DNA of 64,000 bases, taken from NCBI RefSeq assembly GCF_030684315.1, contig NC_081362.1:16734589-16798588 (forward strand). The letters run 5' to 3'. The notes below the pieces were generated by a model. The model ran no database searches, had not been told where the DNA came from, and saw nothing but the letters and a program-made list of their open reading frames with translations. Position numbers and translations under genes: made by a program. Numbering within the stretch: the stretch's first letter is position 1; every line of letters starts with the position of its first letter. Below are positions 12,116 through 25,090 of the stretch, in pieces. The DNA comes from Stegostoma tigrinum (lineage: Eukaryota).

Positions 12116-13825
12116 ATACCAGGGTAGACAGATTGTTGCATCAGATAGTGACAAGCGCCAGGTTGACCCTTTCCCTGTTGGACCTAGAGCCACACCTCAG
12201 CAGAGGCAAAGAAATGATCACTACTTGGTGCTTCACATCTGAATCCTTCCAGTATACCATCAGTTCAATATCCTGGATATCTGAGCTATCATATTGCATC
12301 TTTAATGCACTCATCGACATTCCACGCATTCCCAAACCAAGGAACATGCTTGTAGCAAATGAGAAATGTGACTTTCAAACTCATTTCATGATGTCTGTGG
12401 AGGACCCCACTCATAAGTTACAGGCAACATTGAGCTTTTTCATCAAGCAAACCTTTGGAAAGCTGAAGGTCAACTCTGGGTATTTACTTAGGTCTGAAAA
12501 CCCCCTTCAGCACTCAGCAACAGGAGTGCCATGACAGACAGTGATGTGCTTAGTTTTGCACAAGTTAAGGTTCCTGCTCACTCAGTGCACAGAAGCTACC
12601 TTCAAATTAATATCATGCAAGTATGACAACTTCTTGACACGATGGAAGTGTTGACAGCAGACTCCCATTTCTTAAGAACTAATTGAGGAATGGCATAAAT
12701 CATGCAGCATTTGGGAAGAGGCAACCCATGGTGTTTCACCTCCTTCCAAAAGTGAATTAATTTTTTTTAAAGCAGTACAAGCAGCATGTCCTTTAAATCA
12801 CAGTATTTTGCTGTTTGTCAAAGAGAAAATAAAGAATACGTATTTTGAAGAGGTTTTTGAAAAATGAATTTCTCTCTTTCCTACAGAATTGAGTGTGGAT
12901 TTTGGGTTCAACACATATACCTTAGATAGTTTCACAAATGGATGTTCCCTTGCAGTACTATTTCTTTACCATTATGGCAATACAGTATTTATAACTAAGC
13001 ATTGCAAACTAGCTGTTCTGTTGTTAATGATGAAAATCTGGAAGGTATCTTGTTGAGCATTGATGGACCAGAGGATGTTGTAAAAACATTACATAGTGTA
13101 GGTTTTAAAATTGATGGCAGTCTCAAAGCTAATTTTACATTTTGTTTAGAAGAGCTAAGGCTCCAAAAGCAAACGTTCTGAATGTCACCAATGAATAATT
13201 TAACATTGCCTACCTTCAAATAATTTATTCCTGTTTAGCCTACCTTGGTCTTCAATTTCTGAGCTCAGGTTAAGTGATAGATACAAGATTCAATCTTCTT
13301 TTGACATTGAGCCATACTTATTGAGGTGGAAATGACTGGCATCAGAACAAATCCCATTGTTGCTCATCTAAGAAGAAAGTGAGCAGTGGGATTCTGCTGT
13401 GTATAAAGACAAACACAGTTAAAATACAATACGCACTATTAGCTTATTACAGCTTGTATAACATACACATAAGCACATATCTACACCAATTTTTAGCTCT
13501 TATGTAAATGATGATTGCACATTTCTCCATTTAATCAAATTATTCAAGTAAAAATTATTGACATTCATATAATGAGGATGAGTTGAATGTTCATTGATCC
13601 TGGAAATCAAGCATTACAAAACCTCTGTGAAGCCTACTTGCTATTCACTTTCCATTCTGAGTGACTGAAGACTTAGCTTAATTTTCTGACATTTTACTTA
13701 GTATAAAGAATGCTACAAATTGAACTGTATCATCTGATTGTACAACAAAAATCCTTTTGCATTTTTCTGTTTACCATTACTATAGTATTAAATTATTTTA
13801 TTCCTTCCTCAATGTTTTTCCCCAG

Positions 13826-13901
13826 ATGCCTCAAATGTCTTGGTAATTGGAACTGACATGCTGGCCAAGCCAAATGATTATGGATTAATTTTCTTATTCA
13901 G
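13826..13901 (+). CDS. RMND1: RMND1 coding exon: (D)ASNVLVIGTDMLAKPNDYGLIFLF(R)
   Basis: Pyrimidine tract, cccag|AT...TTCAG|gt, 76 nt; frame continuous with both neighbours; similar to DAANILV...GTIFFFR. Confidence 0.93.
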
Positions 13902-14669
13902 GTTGGTTTGCATGATACCTCTGTACCTACTATCTTTTCTGTAAAATTTGTGGTCGCCTAGTGTATTTTGGTGTACAAATTGCACTTTAGTTTGTTTTCT
14001 TACTTTTCTGATACAAGGAGATGATTTGTACACTAATGCAGCTCATTTTTTTGTTAAATTGACCAACTAAATTTTGTAGCTTACTCAAAAAGATTTTTTC
14101 CATTAACTTTCCACAATTCTAACGTATACAGGTTTTAGCACATACTAATTTTAAACACTCTAGGTGAGAATAGAAAGACTGCCAAACCTAGAAAAAGACA
14201 CTTGAATATCATTCAGTTTTTCATTTGTATAATACTACATTTTTGCAACACAAACAGTCCATTACGACCAACGTGTTTGTGAGCATTCTGCCACCCACCT
14301 CCTATCCCTATCACTAAATACTTCTTTTTTGTGTTATGGATTTATTGTTCTATCACTTAAATGGATCTTTGCCAGTTACCTCAATCAGTCCTTGTGGTAG
14401 ATAGGTCCACATCCTCAGCAGTTTTCTGGGTAATAAAGTTTCTGTTGAATTCCCTACTGGATTTATTAAAGATTATGTTATACTCAGTGGTCCCTCACTT
14501 TGGTTATAACTAAGCTTGGAAGCACCTAACTCCAAATAGAGACCTATTAAATCTTTTCATATTCTTAAAAACTTCTAACAGTCACCATGCAGCTTTCCCT
14601 TATTTAGAGGAGAGAGACACAGCTGTTCAGTTTTTTCCCGATGGATATGTAATTTCAGTTCTGATATCA

Positions 14670-14873
14670 AGAACAAAAACAAAGTTGCTGTAAAAACTCA
14701 GCGGGGTCTGGCAGCCTCTGTGAAGGAAAAAAACAGAGTTACTGTTTCAGGTGAGGAAGGGTCACCAGACCCAAAACGTTAACTGTTTTTTAGTGTCACA
14801 GATGCTGCTAGACCTGCTGAGCTTTTCCAGCAATTTCATTTTTGTTCCTGATTCACAGTTCTTTTGGTTTTTA
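14670..14873. mobile_element. Fold-back Penelope-derived mini element with decayed hammerhead and imperfect 16-bp TSD
   Basis: Inverted tails around tgaggaagggtcaccagacccaaaacgttaac; flanks ttcagttctgatatca (14654-14669) and ttcagttctgctacca (14874-14889). Confidence 0.8.
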
Positions 14874-17759
14874 TTCAGTTCTGCTACCATTTGTTTTCTA
14901 TCATAATTCTAGAGTTAATACATTTCTGGAGCAGTGAAGCACTCTGAAACTTGGATAACAATATCTTGTTATCACAAGTGTTCAATTATTTGATAATTAA
15001 AATTTCTTTAAATTATTACAGAGGGAAGACAATGGCATGATGGATTTAAGACATCGGGGTAGTGGAACAATTTGGGAGTTAAAACAGAACCTGTCATCTT
15101 AATCACTAGCTAAATTTCCCATTCATATTTTTATATATTGGACATATAAATCCCAAATTTTAACCTTACTCACCTTCTGGATCAGGGCATATTCATCCCA
15201 TCTAGTGTTTTTTTTAACACATCTCCAGAGCAGGCAGGACTTGAACATGGGTCTCCCAGTCCAGCAGTAGGGACACTATCACTGTGCCATAAGAAGGCCC
15301 ACTAGATTTATACTACTTGACTTAGACAAGTAAACTGAAGCCTGCTAAAGTAATTAAGGAGCCTAATACCATAAGCAATTTGTGAATAGTGATTCTCAGA
15401 TTAAGTGATGGATGGAAGGTCAATGCATTATTAACAACATTGTTACCTTCACCACTGACAGTAGTCCTGCAATCTTCAGTTTTTCTAATAATGGTCATTA
15501 GCCTTGACTGTAGAGGCTGAGACTGATCCAGTTCTCTTTCATGCACCCACAGTCCCACCCAATTGTGCACCTTTAAATTGGACCATTAACTTTTGTGGGC
15601 TTCTGCTACAGCACTTTCTAAATTGAGATCCATTCCAGCGTGCCTCTGAGCTTTCCATTTGAATACAGGCTATTAACAAAGTGTAAGCAAAGTGTACAAA
15701 AATAGGGTTTTTAGGCATTTCTGAGTCTTTGTATCTTGGCGTTGTGGCCTGGGTAAGCAGGCCCTGTATGCTGTGAGAATCACCAACAATAATGTGCATT
15801 TTATTTATTTCCTATTAATTATTTTATTAATTAACCATACTACAAATCTGGTTTCTGGCATTATATTGTGGCTCTGGCAGGGAGGATTGCATCTGTTCTA
15901 CCTGGAGAGCTCATGAGAAGTCTTTGATTTCTGCCAATGCAGAGCTGTCAGTTTTCATGACTGTCTAGAGAGAATTGACAACTGCAAGTGAAAATAGATC
16001 ATTTGGCTTTTTGAACCTCCACATTTTAGGACCTTTAATAAAAAATAGAATTCTTAAAGAAAGCATTCTGTGTTTCTGGCTTTTTTAATGCTTAATTGAC
16101 AGAACATATTCATAACTATTTTTCTTATATGCAACAGCAGATACGGTGCAGAACAACTAAATTTTCAAAGGCTAAATGAAACCATTGATCTCTCTCCATC
16201 GCAGAAACTCTGATCTATGCCAGGATCGCCTCTAGAGCTAATGTGTCAAATGCCCTCCTCATTTTCATCTTCCTTCAACTTACCACAAATTCTGGTTAAT
16301 ACAAGACTCTAGATTACCCATTCTCTTATTGTTTTCTAGGAACAATCACTTGGGGAAATGCCTCCAAGGGTTATTTAATAACATGTGCACCTGCTTGGTA
16401 TATGCAGCTTCTGAGAGAGAGCTCAGAAGTCCAATAAAACAGTGTCCTGTTTATTGTATAGCTGTTGCATAGGCAATTCTAAATGAGATCCATTGATAGT
16501 ACACTGCACATCTGCTTTATGGTGTATGCCCCATATATTTACCAATCATTGTTTAAACTTAAACCTTGGGGGTTAATCTGTACTGGCAGTTTGGGTCCCT
16601 GCTGACTTGCTCCTAATTATGGGCAGTCTGAGTTGAATGCCAGTTGAATTGTAGGGTTTATTTATTCTTCAAACTGATGCCTGTATTGCCTACTCCTTGC
16701 CCACTTAATCTTTGGAGGGAGCATATGTATAAATGTTTTATTAGTCTCTTTTTAGCCTTTTAATCTTTAATTCAGATTGAACTACCTCTGCTGCACACAC
16801 TGGTCCTTGGTACATCTCTCTACATTCCGGTCTTGTGTAGGACATTACACACTATTATATCCCTATAGCCTAGCTTCGGTACTATATGGAATATGCATCA
16901 TTTTGAATAAAAAATGCTTTTCATGAGAAATTGCTTTGCTTCCAGCTATGGTCTCCGTTTGCTACATAACACTCAGGAGCTGTAATTTCCTCCTTTCTAA
17001 CATGAAAGGATATATGGATGGTAGAGCAAGTTAGAAAGGGGCTATGAATAAAAAAAAATGCAGGAATAGAATTTAATATGAGAAAATGTGAGGTTTACTA
17101 TTTTGGATCTGAGAAAGACAAATCAGAATTTGCTCTTAATGAATAGAGACTGAAGCTAGGAAATTAAGGGTTCCGTGCATATCCTTGTAAAAACATCACA
17201 AAAAAAACCTAGCACACAGGTATAAAATGCAATTATAAAGGTTAATGGGATGTTGGCTTTATCTCCAAGGGATTTAAAGTTCAGAAGTGTGGAAGTAATT
17301 CTACGGTTGTTCAATTTGATCAGGCCCCATCTAATATTGTATGCTGCATTCAGTTTGTGTTACAAACCTCAACAAAGGTAATAAGATATAAAAAGAAACT
17401 CGATGAAATGAAGAAACTCAACTGGTTAGGCAGCATCTCTGAAGAGAGAAATAGAGTTAACATTGCAAGTCCAGTGATTGTGGAACTGAATATTTGTGAA
17501 GATGTGTTTTATGCCATTGAAAACGAAACAGGGCAAGTGGAACAGGAGGGTGAGTCAGGAAAGATTTAGAAAAATGGGAAATCAAAGATATCATAGAACA
17601 AAATGTATGGGAGGTAGAAATGGTTGCAGAAAAGATGAAGCACAACACTATCACAGGTGCTTATAAAATTGTGTGGGTTGAGGGGGGAAACATACTCTAC
17701 AAAGAAATATTGGCTGCAAGGCTGGATCAAAACATGTAAATTATGAAGACAGGTAGCAT

Positions 17760-20582
17760 AAACCTGATTTAAATTCCATTGAACACATCTGGTTCACTAA
17801 TGTCCTTCGGGGAAGGAAATCTGCCATCTGAAATGTCCGAGCAAACCATGCATTTGTGTCAGTCGCTGTGAAATCTCCACAAAGAAATGAAACTAGGCAG
17901 ACCATCTGGCATTGACCCAGACACCGGAAACAATAACAGAAAAATCATCCTTGCGGTCCTTGTAAAGCCCTAAACCTAATCTACCTGGCGCTTGTGCCAA
18001 AATTGTGAGTGCTGTTTCACAGACCAGTCAAGCAACAGCCTGTCATAGTTATCTTCATGGAATCATACCTTCCAATGTTCCAGACTCCACCACCATCATT
18101 CCTGGATATGTTGTCCCATAGGCAGGACAGTGGTATACAGCCCTGGAAGTTATCAATATTATCTCTGGACCCCATGAAGTCTCATGGCATCAGGTTAAAC
18201 AAGGGCATGGAAACCTCCCACTGATTACATCCTTTGACTAATGAAACAGTACTCCTCCATGTTGAACAACACTTGGAGGAACCATTGAGGGTGCCTAGGA
18301 GATAACCTGTACTCAGGGTAGGGGATTTCAATGTCCAGTACCAACAGTGGTTCGGCTCAGCACTACTGATAATTGAGTTGATTGGGTTCTAAAGGACATA
18401 ACTGTTAGACTGGGTCTGCAGCATGTAGTGAGGGAATCAGCAAGAGGGAAAGACATACTTGACGTCATCCTCGTCAGTCAACCTGCTGCAGATGATTCTC
18501 TCCATGATGCTGTTGATAAGAGTGATCACTGCATAGTCCTTGTGGAGACGAAGTCCTAGGTTCACATTATGAGCGCCCTGCATCGTGTTGCATAGCATTA
18601 TTACTGTGCTAAATAGATTTCAAACATATCTAACAACCTTAACACTGGGTACCTATGAGGCACAGTGAGCCATCAAAGGTAGCAGAATTTTATTGCAATA
18701 TAATTTGCAACCTCACGGCCCAACATATCCCACACTCAGCTGTTACCATTGAGCCAGGGGATCAATCCTGAATCAGTAGAGAGTCCAGGAAGGTATGTTA
18801 GGAGCAGCACCTGGTATACCTAAAACTGAGGTGTCAACCTGGTGAACTGACCAAACTGGACTACTTGCATGCCAAACAGCATAAGCAGCAAGTGATAGGC
18901 AAAGCTAAGTGATCCCAAAGCCAACAGATCAGATCTAAATTACAGTCCTGCCACATTCTGTCTGGAATGGTGGTGCACAATTAAACCTCTCACTGGAGGA
19001 AGAGGAGGAGGCAGCTCCGCAAATATCCCAATTCTGAATGATGGAACAACCCAGTACATCAATGCAAAAGTTAAAGCTGAAGCATTTGCAACAATTTTCA
19101 TCCAAAAGTGCTGAGTGGATGATCTGTCTCGGCCTCCATCACATGCCATTCTTAAGTCAATTCTGTCTACTCCACATGGTAGCAAGAGACAGATGGAGGC
19201 ACTGGATACTGTGAAGGCTATGACTCCTGACAACATAATGGCAATAGTACTGCAGAATTTTGTTCCAGAACTTGTAGCCAAACTGTTCCAGTGCAGCTAC
19301 AACACTGACATCCACCCGACAATTTGGGAAGTTGCCCAGGTATGTCCAGTATATGAAATGCAGGACAAACCAAACCTGGCCAATTACTGACCGATCAGTC
19401 CACTCTCAATCGTCAGTAAACTGATGGAAGATGTCATCTAAAATGCTAACAAGTAGCAGCTGCTTAACAACAACCTGCTCACTGTCACCCAGTTTTGGTT
19501 CTGCCCCAGCTCCTGACCTCATTACAGCCTTGGTTCAAACATGAACAAAAGATCTGAATTCCAGAGGTGAGGTGAGAGTGACAGTCTTTAAAATCCAGGC
19601 TGCACTTCCCAAGCGTAGCATCAAGGAGCACTAGCAAAACTAAAATCAGTTGGAATTGGGGTACACTCTTCACAGGTTGGAGTCATTCCTAGGACATAGG
19701 AAGATGGCTATGGTTGTTAGAGGTCAGTTGTCTCAGCTCCAAAGCATTTCTGCTGGAGTTCCTCAGGGTAGTGTCCAAAATCCTTCAGCTGCTTCACTAA
19801 TGACCTTCCCTCCATCCGTAAGGCAGAAGTAGGGATGATTGCCTTTAGCCTAATGTTCAGCACCATTTGTGACTCCACAGATATGGAAGCAGCCAATGTT
19901 CAAATGCAGCAAAACTGGACAGTGTCTAGGTTTCGGCTAACAAGTGGCAAGTAACATTCATGCCACACAAATGCCAAGCAATAACCATTTCCAATAAAAG
20001 ACAATCTAGCCAAGAACCCTTGATATTCAATGATGTTGCCATTACTGAATTGGCCAGAAACTCAACTGAACTCACTGTATAAATACAGTAAGTACAAGAG
20101 GAGGTCAGAGGCTACCACAACAGTCAAGAAGCTTGACATTGTCCAAGACAAAGCAGCCCACTTGAGTGGCACCATCTTGGCAAGCGCCTCTCCCTTGACC
20201 ACTGAGGTCCTTTTTCAGTAGTGCAAAATTTCTACAAGGTGCACTGCAGAAATTTGCCAGTGATCCTAGACTGCGCCTTTCAAACTGTTGACCACTTCCA
20301 TCTAGGAGGATATGGGCAGCAGATACATGGGAACATCACCGTCTGCAAATTGCCCTCCAAGCCTCTCGCTGTCCTGAGTTGAAAATACATTGCCATTCCT
20401 TCAGTGTTGCTGGGTTAAAGCCCTAGAATTCCCTCCCCAAGAGCATTGTGGGTTTATCTACAGTACATGGACTGCAACAGTTCAAGAAGGCAGCTCCCCA
20501 TCACCTTCTCAAGAACAACTAGGGGCAGGCAATAAATGCTGCCAGCCAGCGATACCCACATCCCACTAGTGAATAAAAAAAA
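17760..20582 (+). mobile_element. Near full-length degraded non-LTR retrotransposon (APE plus RT; CR1/L2/Jockey group, clade uncertain)
   Basis: VGDFNV endonuclease motif (~18318), LDTVKAMTPDNI and WEVAQVCPV RT-proximal motifs, SAGVPQGSV (19750), KWQVTF, A-rich 3' end. Confidence 0.85.
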
Positions 20583-20859
20583 TTTAAGGGGGTAAGTAGG
20601 GATTTAATTATGATATGATATGTTTAAGGAATATGGTTGAGTAGCTATAAAGAAACAGTTTTATCTGGAGAAGAAATGCAGAACTCAAGGCCATAATGAA
20701 AGTGTTCCAAGATCTGTCAGGAGTGAAATAAGGAGCACTTTTTCAAATTCTGGGCAGTCAAAATCTGAAATCTATTTCCAAAAATATCTGTGAATACAGA
20801 AGTCAGTTTAAAATTTCAAATTCTGGGAATTTTTTCGAAATGCAGACAATGTAATTTCA

Positions 20860-22190
20860 TGATGTGTCATTGAGAAATTCTTAGAATCTATTATTAAGGA
20901 AGTTATGACAGGACACTTTGAATGTCAAAACATAATCCATCAGAGTCAGCATGGCATTATGAAGGGTAAATATCTTTGCTAGAGTTAATCTTTGCTAATT
21001 TGCTAGAGTTCTTCAAAGATGTAACAAGCAAGGAGGATAATGGAGATCATGTAGGTGTAGTATATCTAGACTTCCAGAAGGCCTTTGATAAGATGCTGCA
21101 CTAAAGGTTAATTCACAAGGTAAGATCACATTTGTTTGTTGTAATTTATTAGCATGGATAATGAATTGACTAACCAACAAAAAGCAGAGAGTCAGGCTAA
21201 ATGGGTCTTATTCTGGTTGTCAGGATATAGTTAGTTGGGTGCCACAGGGTTCGATCCTTGGTCCAACTATTTGCAGACTGTATTAATGATGTGGATACAG
21301 GAATAGAAAGTACTATTTCCAGATTTACAGATGACTCTAAAATAGGTAAGAAAGGTTAGGTCAACCAGCCAAAATTTCGTTGGTGAAGCTTAATGTGCAT
21401 AAGTGAGAGTTTATCCATTTTGGTCAGAGTAATGGAAAAATAACAGATTATCTAAATGAAACTTCACAGTGATTCAGTGCACAGGGATCTGGGTGTGGTC
21501 ATGCATGAATCGCAGGAAACTAGTATGAAGGTATAGCAAGTAGTAAGGAAGGCCAACAGAATTTTGGCATTTATGGCTAAAGGAATGGAGTATAAAAGTA
21601 ACAAAGTGCTTACTGTACTTGTACAAAGCATTACTGAGACCATACCTGGAGTTCTGCATACAACTTTGTTCCTCTTACTTGAGGAAAGACGTAGATGCAT
21701 TGGAGGTAATTCAGAGGAGGCTCTCAAGATTGATTCCAGAGGTTTAGAGTTTTGTTTTATGAAGTGAGATTGAGCAGTTTATAATCTGTGAAGTTTGGAA
21801 AAATAAGGAGATCTGATTGAGGAATATAAGCTGCCAAAGGGAATTGAAGAAGTAGACATACAGAGGATATTTCTCGTGATGGAATCTAGAGGTCATAGTT
21901 TTAAGAGTAAGGATGAGACTAAAACAAATGTACAGATAAAACAGATGAGAAATTACTTGTTTTGAAGGGTTGCAAATCTGTGGAATTCATTACCCCAAAG
22001 TGCAGTGGATGCTGGGACATTAAATAGCAGATAGACAGGTTTTTAATTAGTAGTGAGTGCAAGATTATGAAGAATGGTCAGGAAAGTGGAGTTGAAGCCA
22101 AGATGAGATCAGTCATCATCATATCGAATAGCAGAGCATGCTGGAGGAGCTGAATGGCCTGCTCCTGTTTCTAGCTCTTTGTTCTCATGG
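20860..22190 (+). mobile_element. CR1 LINE RT and 3' end, degraded
   Basis: VYLDFQKAFDK (~21058), VPQGSILGP (~21239), FTDDSK, CR1-type 3' UTR. Confidence 0.85.
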
Positions 22191-22229
22191 AAACAATAAT
22201 TTGGGATAAGACTAATAATTGCATGTACA

Positions 22230-23720
22230 AATGAGTATTGATTAGTGACAGTGACCATAGATTTCATACAGAAAAATCATATCAACTAACTTGCCGGCGT
22301 ACTTTGTAGAGGTAACAGAGAGGGGTGTTGAGAGTAATGCTGTTGACATTTTCTAAAAGACATTCCATACAGTGCCATGCAACAGACTTGTGAGAAAAGT
22401 TATAACTCATAGAATGCCACTGCAGTAGCAGTGTGAATATATGACTGGCTGAGTGTTCAGAAACACAGTGGTTAATGGATATTTTTCAGTCTGGAAGAAG
22501 ATTTGTGGTTGAGTTCCTTCAGACCTGCTTTTCTGGATTTATTTAATGATCTATATCCTGAAATGCCAGAGACAATTTTAAGTTTGTGGACAGTTTAAAA
22601 CATGGAAGTGTTGTAAGCTACGAGGAGAACAGTGTAGATTTTCAGATGAGCATTGACAAGCTGATGGAGTAGGCAGATATGTTGAATACAGAGAAGTGTG
22701 AGGTGGTACATTTTAGTAGAAATAAAATGGCAGGACAGTATAAAATAAGGAGCAATTACCTATGGTGACACAAAAACTTCCATTCGTGCGCAGACACAGT
22801 CTGTAATGTCGACTAGCTGCGATGTCAGCCCTCCCACTTGTCTTCACCCCTTCCTGCTCTCCTTTGGCCTCTGTCTGCTTCACCATTTCATCCTGTGCCT
22901 GATAAAAGTGCCACGTGCGCAGACAGGGCTGCTGATGTAATTTGGTCACAGCACTGTATTCCTGAATGTGTGTCCTTGTTGATCAACCTGGCAACGGTGT
23001 TCAGATTAAACATAACCATAAAACAAAATACTACGCTGAAAGGTATTCAGAAGAAGAGAGACTTGGTTGTCTTGTACATAATTCAGTACGGGTGGTAGGA
23101 CAAGTGGAGAAAGGGGTTAACAAAGCAAAGAGTATATTCTGCTTTTTCAATAGGGGTATAGTGTATAAGAGATGCATGGCTATGTTGAACTTGTATAAGA
23201 CACTAGTTAAACCCAAGCTAGAGTATTGTGTACAGTTCTGGGTGGTATACTTCAAGAAAGGTATCAACACCTTGGAGAGGAATGTTTACGCGAATGGTTC
23301 CAAGGATGATAATCTTCAATTATGAAGATAGATTGGAAAATGCAGACTGTCCTTGGAGAGGAAAAGGCTAAAAGGAGATTTGATGGAAATATTCAAATCA
23401 TGAGGGGTCTGGACACAGTAGATGGGAAGAAACAGTTCCTGCCCATATTAGGATCAAGAGCAAGAGGGCACAGATTTAAAATGATTTGCAAATTAAGTAA
23501 ATGTAATTTGAAAAAAAGTTTGCATAGAGTGAGTTTGGGCCTGGAATGCACTCCTGGAAGTGTAGTGAAGCAGGTTCAATCAAGACACCCGGGAAAGTAT
23601 TTGTTGATTATTTGAATAGAAATAATATGTATGGTCTCATGGTAAGGGTGGGAAAATGGCACAAAACCCGTGCAGACATGATGGACTGAATGGCTGCCTT
23701 CTGCCCAATAAACAGTTCAC
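22230..23720 (+). mobile_element. Second degraded CR1 RT and 3' segment
   Basis: LYKTLVKPKLEYCVQFW (track 22966..23325), IMRGLDTVD and RARGHRFK. Confidence 0.8.
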
Positions 23721-23962
23721 TAATGTAACTTATTTCACCAAATGCTATCCCTTGGTAGTAAACCTATCATTTGTAGTATTTATTAATGGTTTGAGGGAAA
23801 TTAATTTGTTTTTTGCATTTTATATATGTGATTCAGTCATTGGGTTTCTAAGGCTGTGAAACTCTTTTCTATCTGATGTATTATCTGGCAGTTAAAGTAT
23901 AACAGATGGTCCTCTCCATGACCTTCTCCAGTGCTAACAATCTTTATTTCTTGCACACACAG

Positions 23963-24002
23963 GGAGGGCTCTGTTGTCTTTTGGAATGTGGAAGATAAAG
24001 CA
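23963..24002 (+). CDS. RMND1: RMND1 coding exon: (R)EGSVVFWNVEDKA
   Basis: cacag|G...GCA|gtaag, 40 nt; conserved EGxxVFWNV motif of the DUF155/RMND1 family. Confidence 0.95.
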
Positions 24003-24622
24003 GTAAGTTGAATCACACTGCCTGTATCTAGGGTATCATTTACTTACGCTGTTTTTAACCGCATGTTTACCCCAGTTTCCACTGCTAACTCTGTGTTGGC
24101 ATGAAACATTCTTTATGTCAGTTTATGGACCTGCTTTCCACTGGTGGCACACATTCCTTGTTCTGGCGACACGTAGCCTCATTGTATGGGATTTTCTGTC
24201 TACTGCAACATCTTGCAATTCCAACTATGGGAATAACTTCCCATTTTTAAGTAAATGAAATCAATATTAGATGTTTAGTCAAACATTTCCAAAACAAATT
24301 GGAATGTTAAAACTGCCCCTGTCCTGTGTACCAGAAAAGGACAAAGAAATAGTGATAAATTAATTTATTAATTAATTCAGTGACAAAGAATTGATTCAGT
24401 GAATTTCTTGTGTAATAACTGTAAATAGATCTTGAGGTACTTATTGCTTAACTTTAATGGGGACATTAAATTATTGGGTTAATGTCAGCATTAAAGTTAT
24501 GCTCATTAAGAAAAATGTTGAATCACGCAGGTTGAAATAATGAGAATTTGTATTAAGTTTGATTTCTAATTTTCTTGCAAGTTATGTTTTGCGAAACTTG
24601 CTTCTGAAACAAACCATGAATT

Positions 24623-24650
24623 CTGATGAAGGGTCTAGGCCCGAAACGTC
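24623..24650 (+). ncRNA. Minimal type I hammerhead ribozyme motif
   Basis: CUGAUGA-A-GGGU(CUAG)GCCC-GAAAC-GUC; conserved core intact, palindromic ACGU in place of stem III; activity untested. Confidence 0.75.
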
Positions 24651-24713
24651 AGCTTTTGTGCTCCTGAGATGCTGCTTGGCCTGCTGTGTTCATCCAGCCT
24701 CACATTTTATTAT
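24623..24713 (+). mobile_element. 91-bp Penelope 3'-end insertion consisting of hammerhead core plus tail, with 9-bp TSD
   Basis: Appears identical to 50006-50096; flanked by ccatgaatt at 24614-24622 and 24714-24722. Confidence 0.92.
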
Positions 24714-24771
24714 CCATGAATTATATTTCTTGTCTGTCATTTAAAACAGTCTCCAAATTCTCTGCCTTTAG

Positions 24772-24872
24772 GTGAAACGTGTAATGCAAATCTTGGAACC
24801 ACATGAGATCCAACCTTATGAAATCGCTTTGGTTCATTGGGAAAATGAGGAAATTAATTACCGGATTGCAGA
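24772..24872 (+). CDS. RMND1: RMND1 coding exon: [33 protein letters not shown](D)
   Basis: tttag|GTG...GA|gtaag, 101 nt; [17 protein letters not shown] matches recalled RMND1. Confidence 0.97.
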
Positions 24873-24894
24873 GTAAGAGCTGTATTGTTTTAAA

Positions 24895-25090
24895 TACAAA
24901 CAGAAAATGCTGGAAATACTTAACAGATTAGGCAACATCTGAGAAACAAAATTAACATTTCAAGTTTTAAGTCCTTACATCAGATCAGACGTGGAACATT
25001 ACTTCTGTTTCTCTCTCCGTAGAATGTGCCCCAACTTGGTATTTCCAGCATTTTCTGTTTGCATTTCAGGTTTTCAGAATGAACAATATT
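24895..25090. mobile_element. Old fold-back Penelope-derived mini element starting ~22 nt after an RMND1 donor site
   Basis: aaacagaaaatgctggaaatac (~24898) is complementary to gtatttccagcattttctgttt (~25039). Confidence 0.7.
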
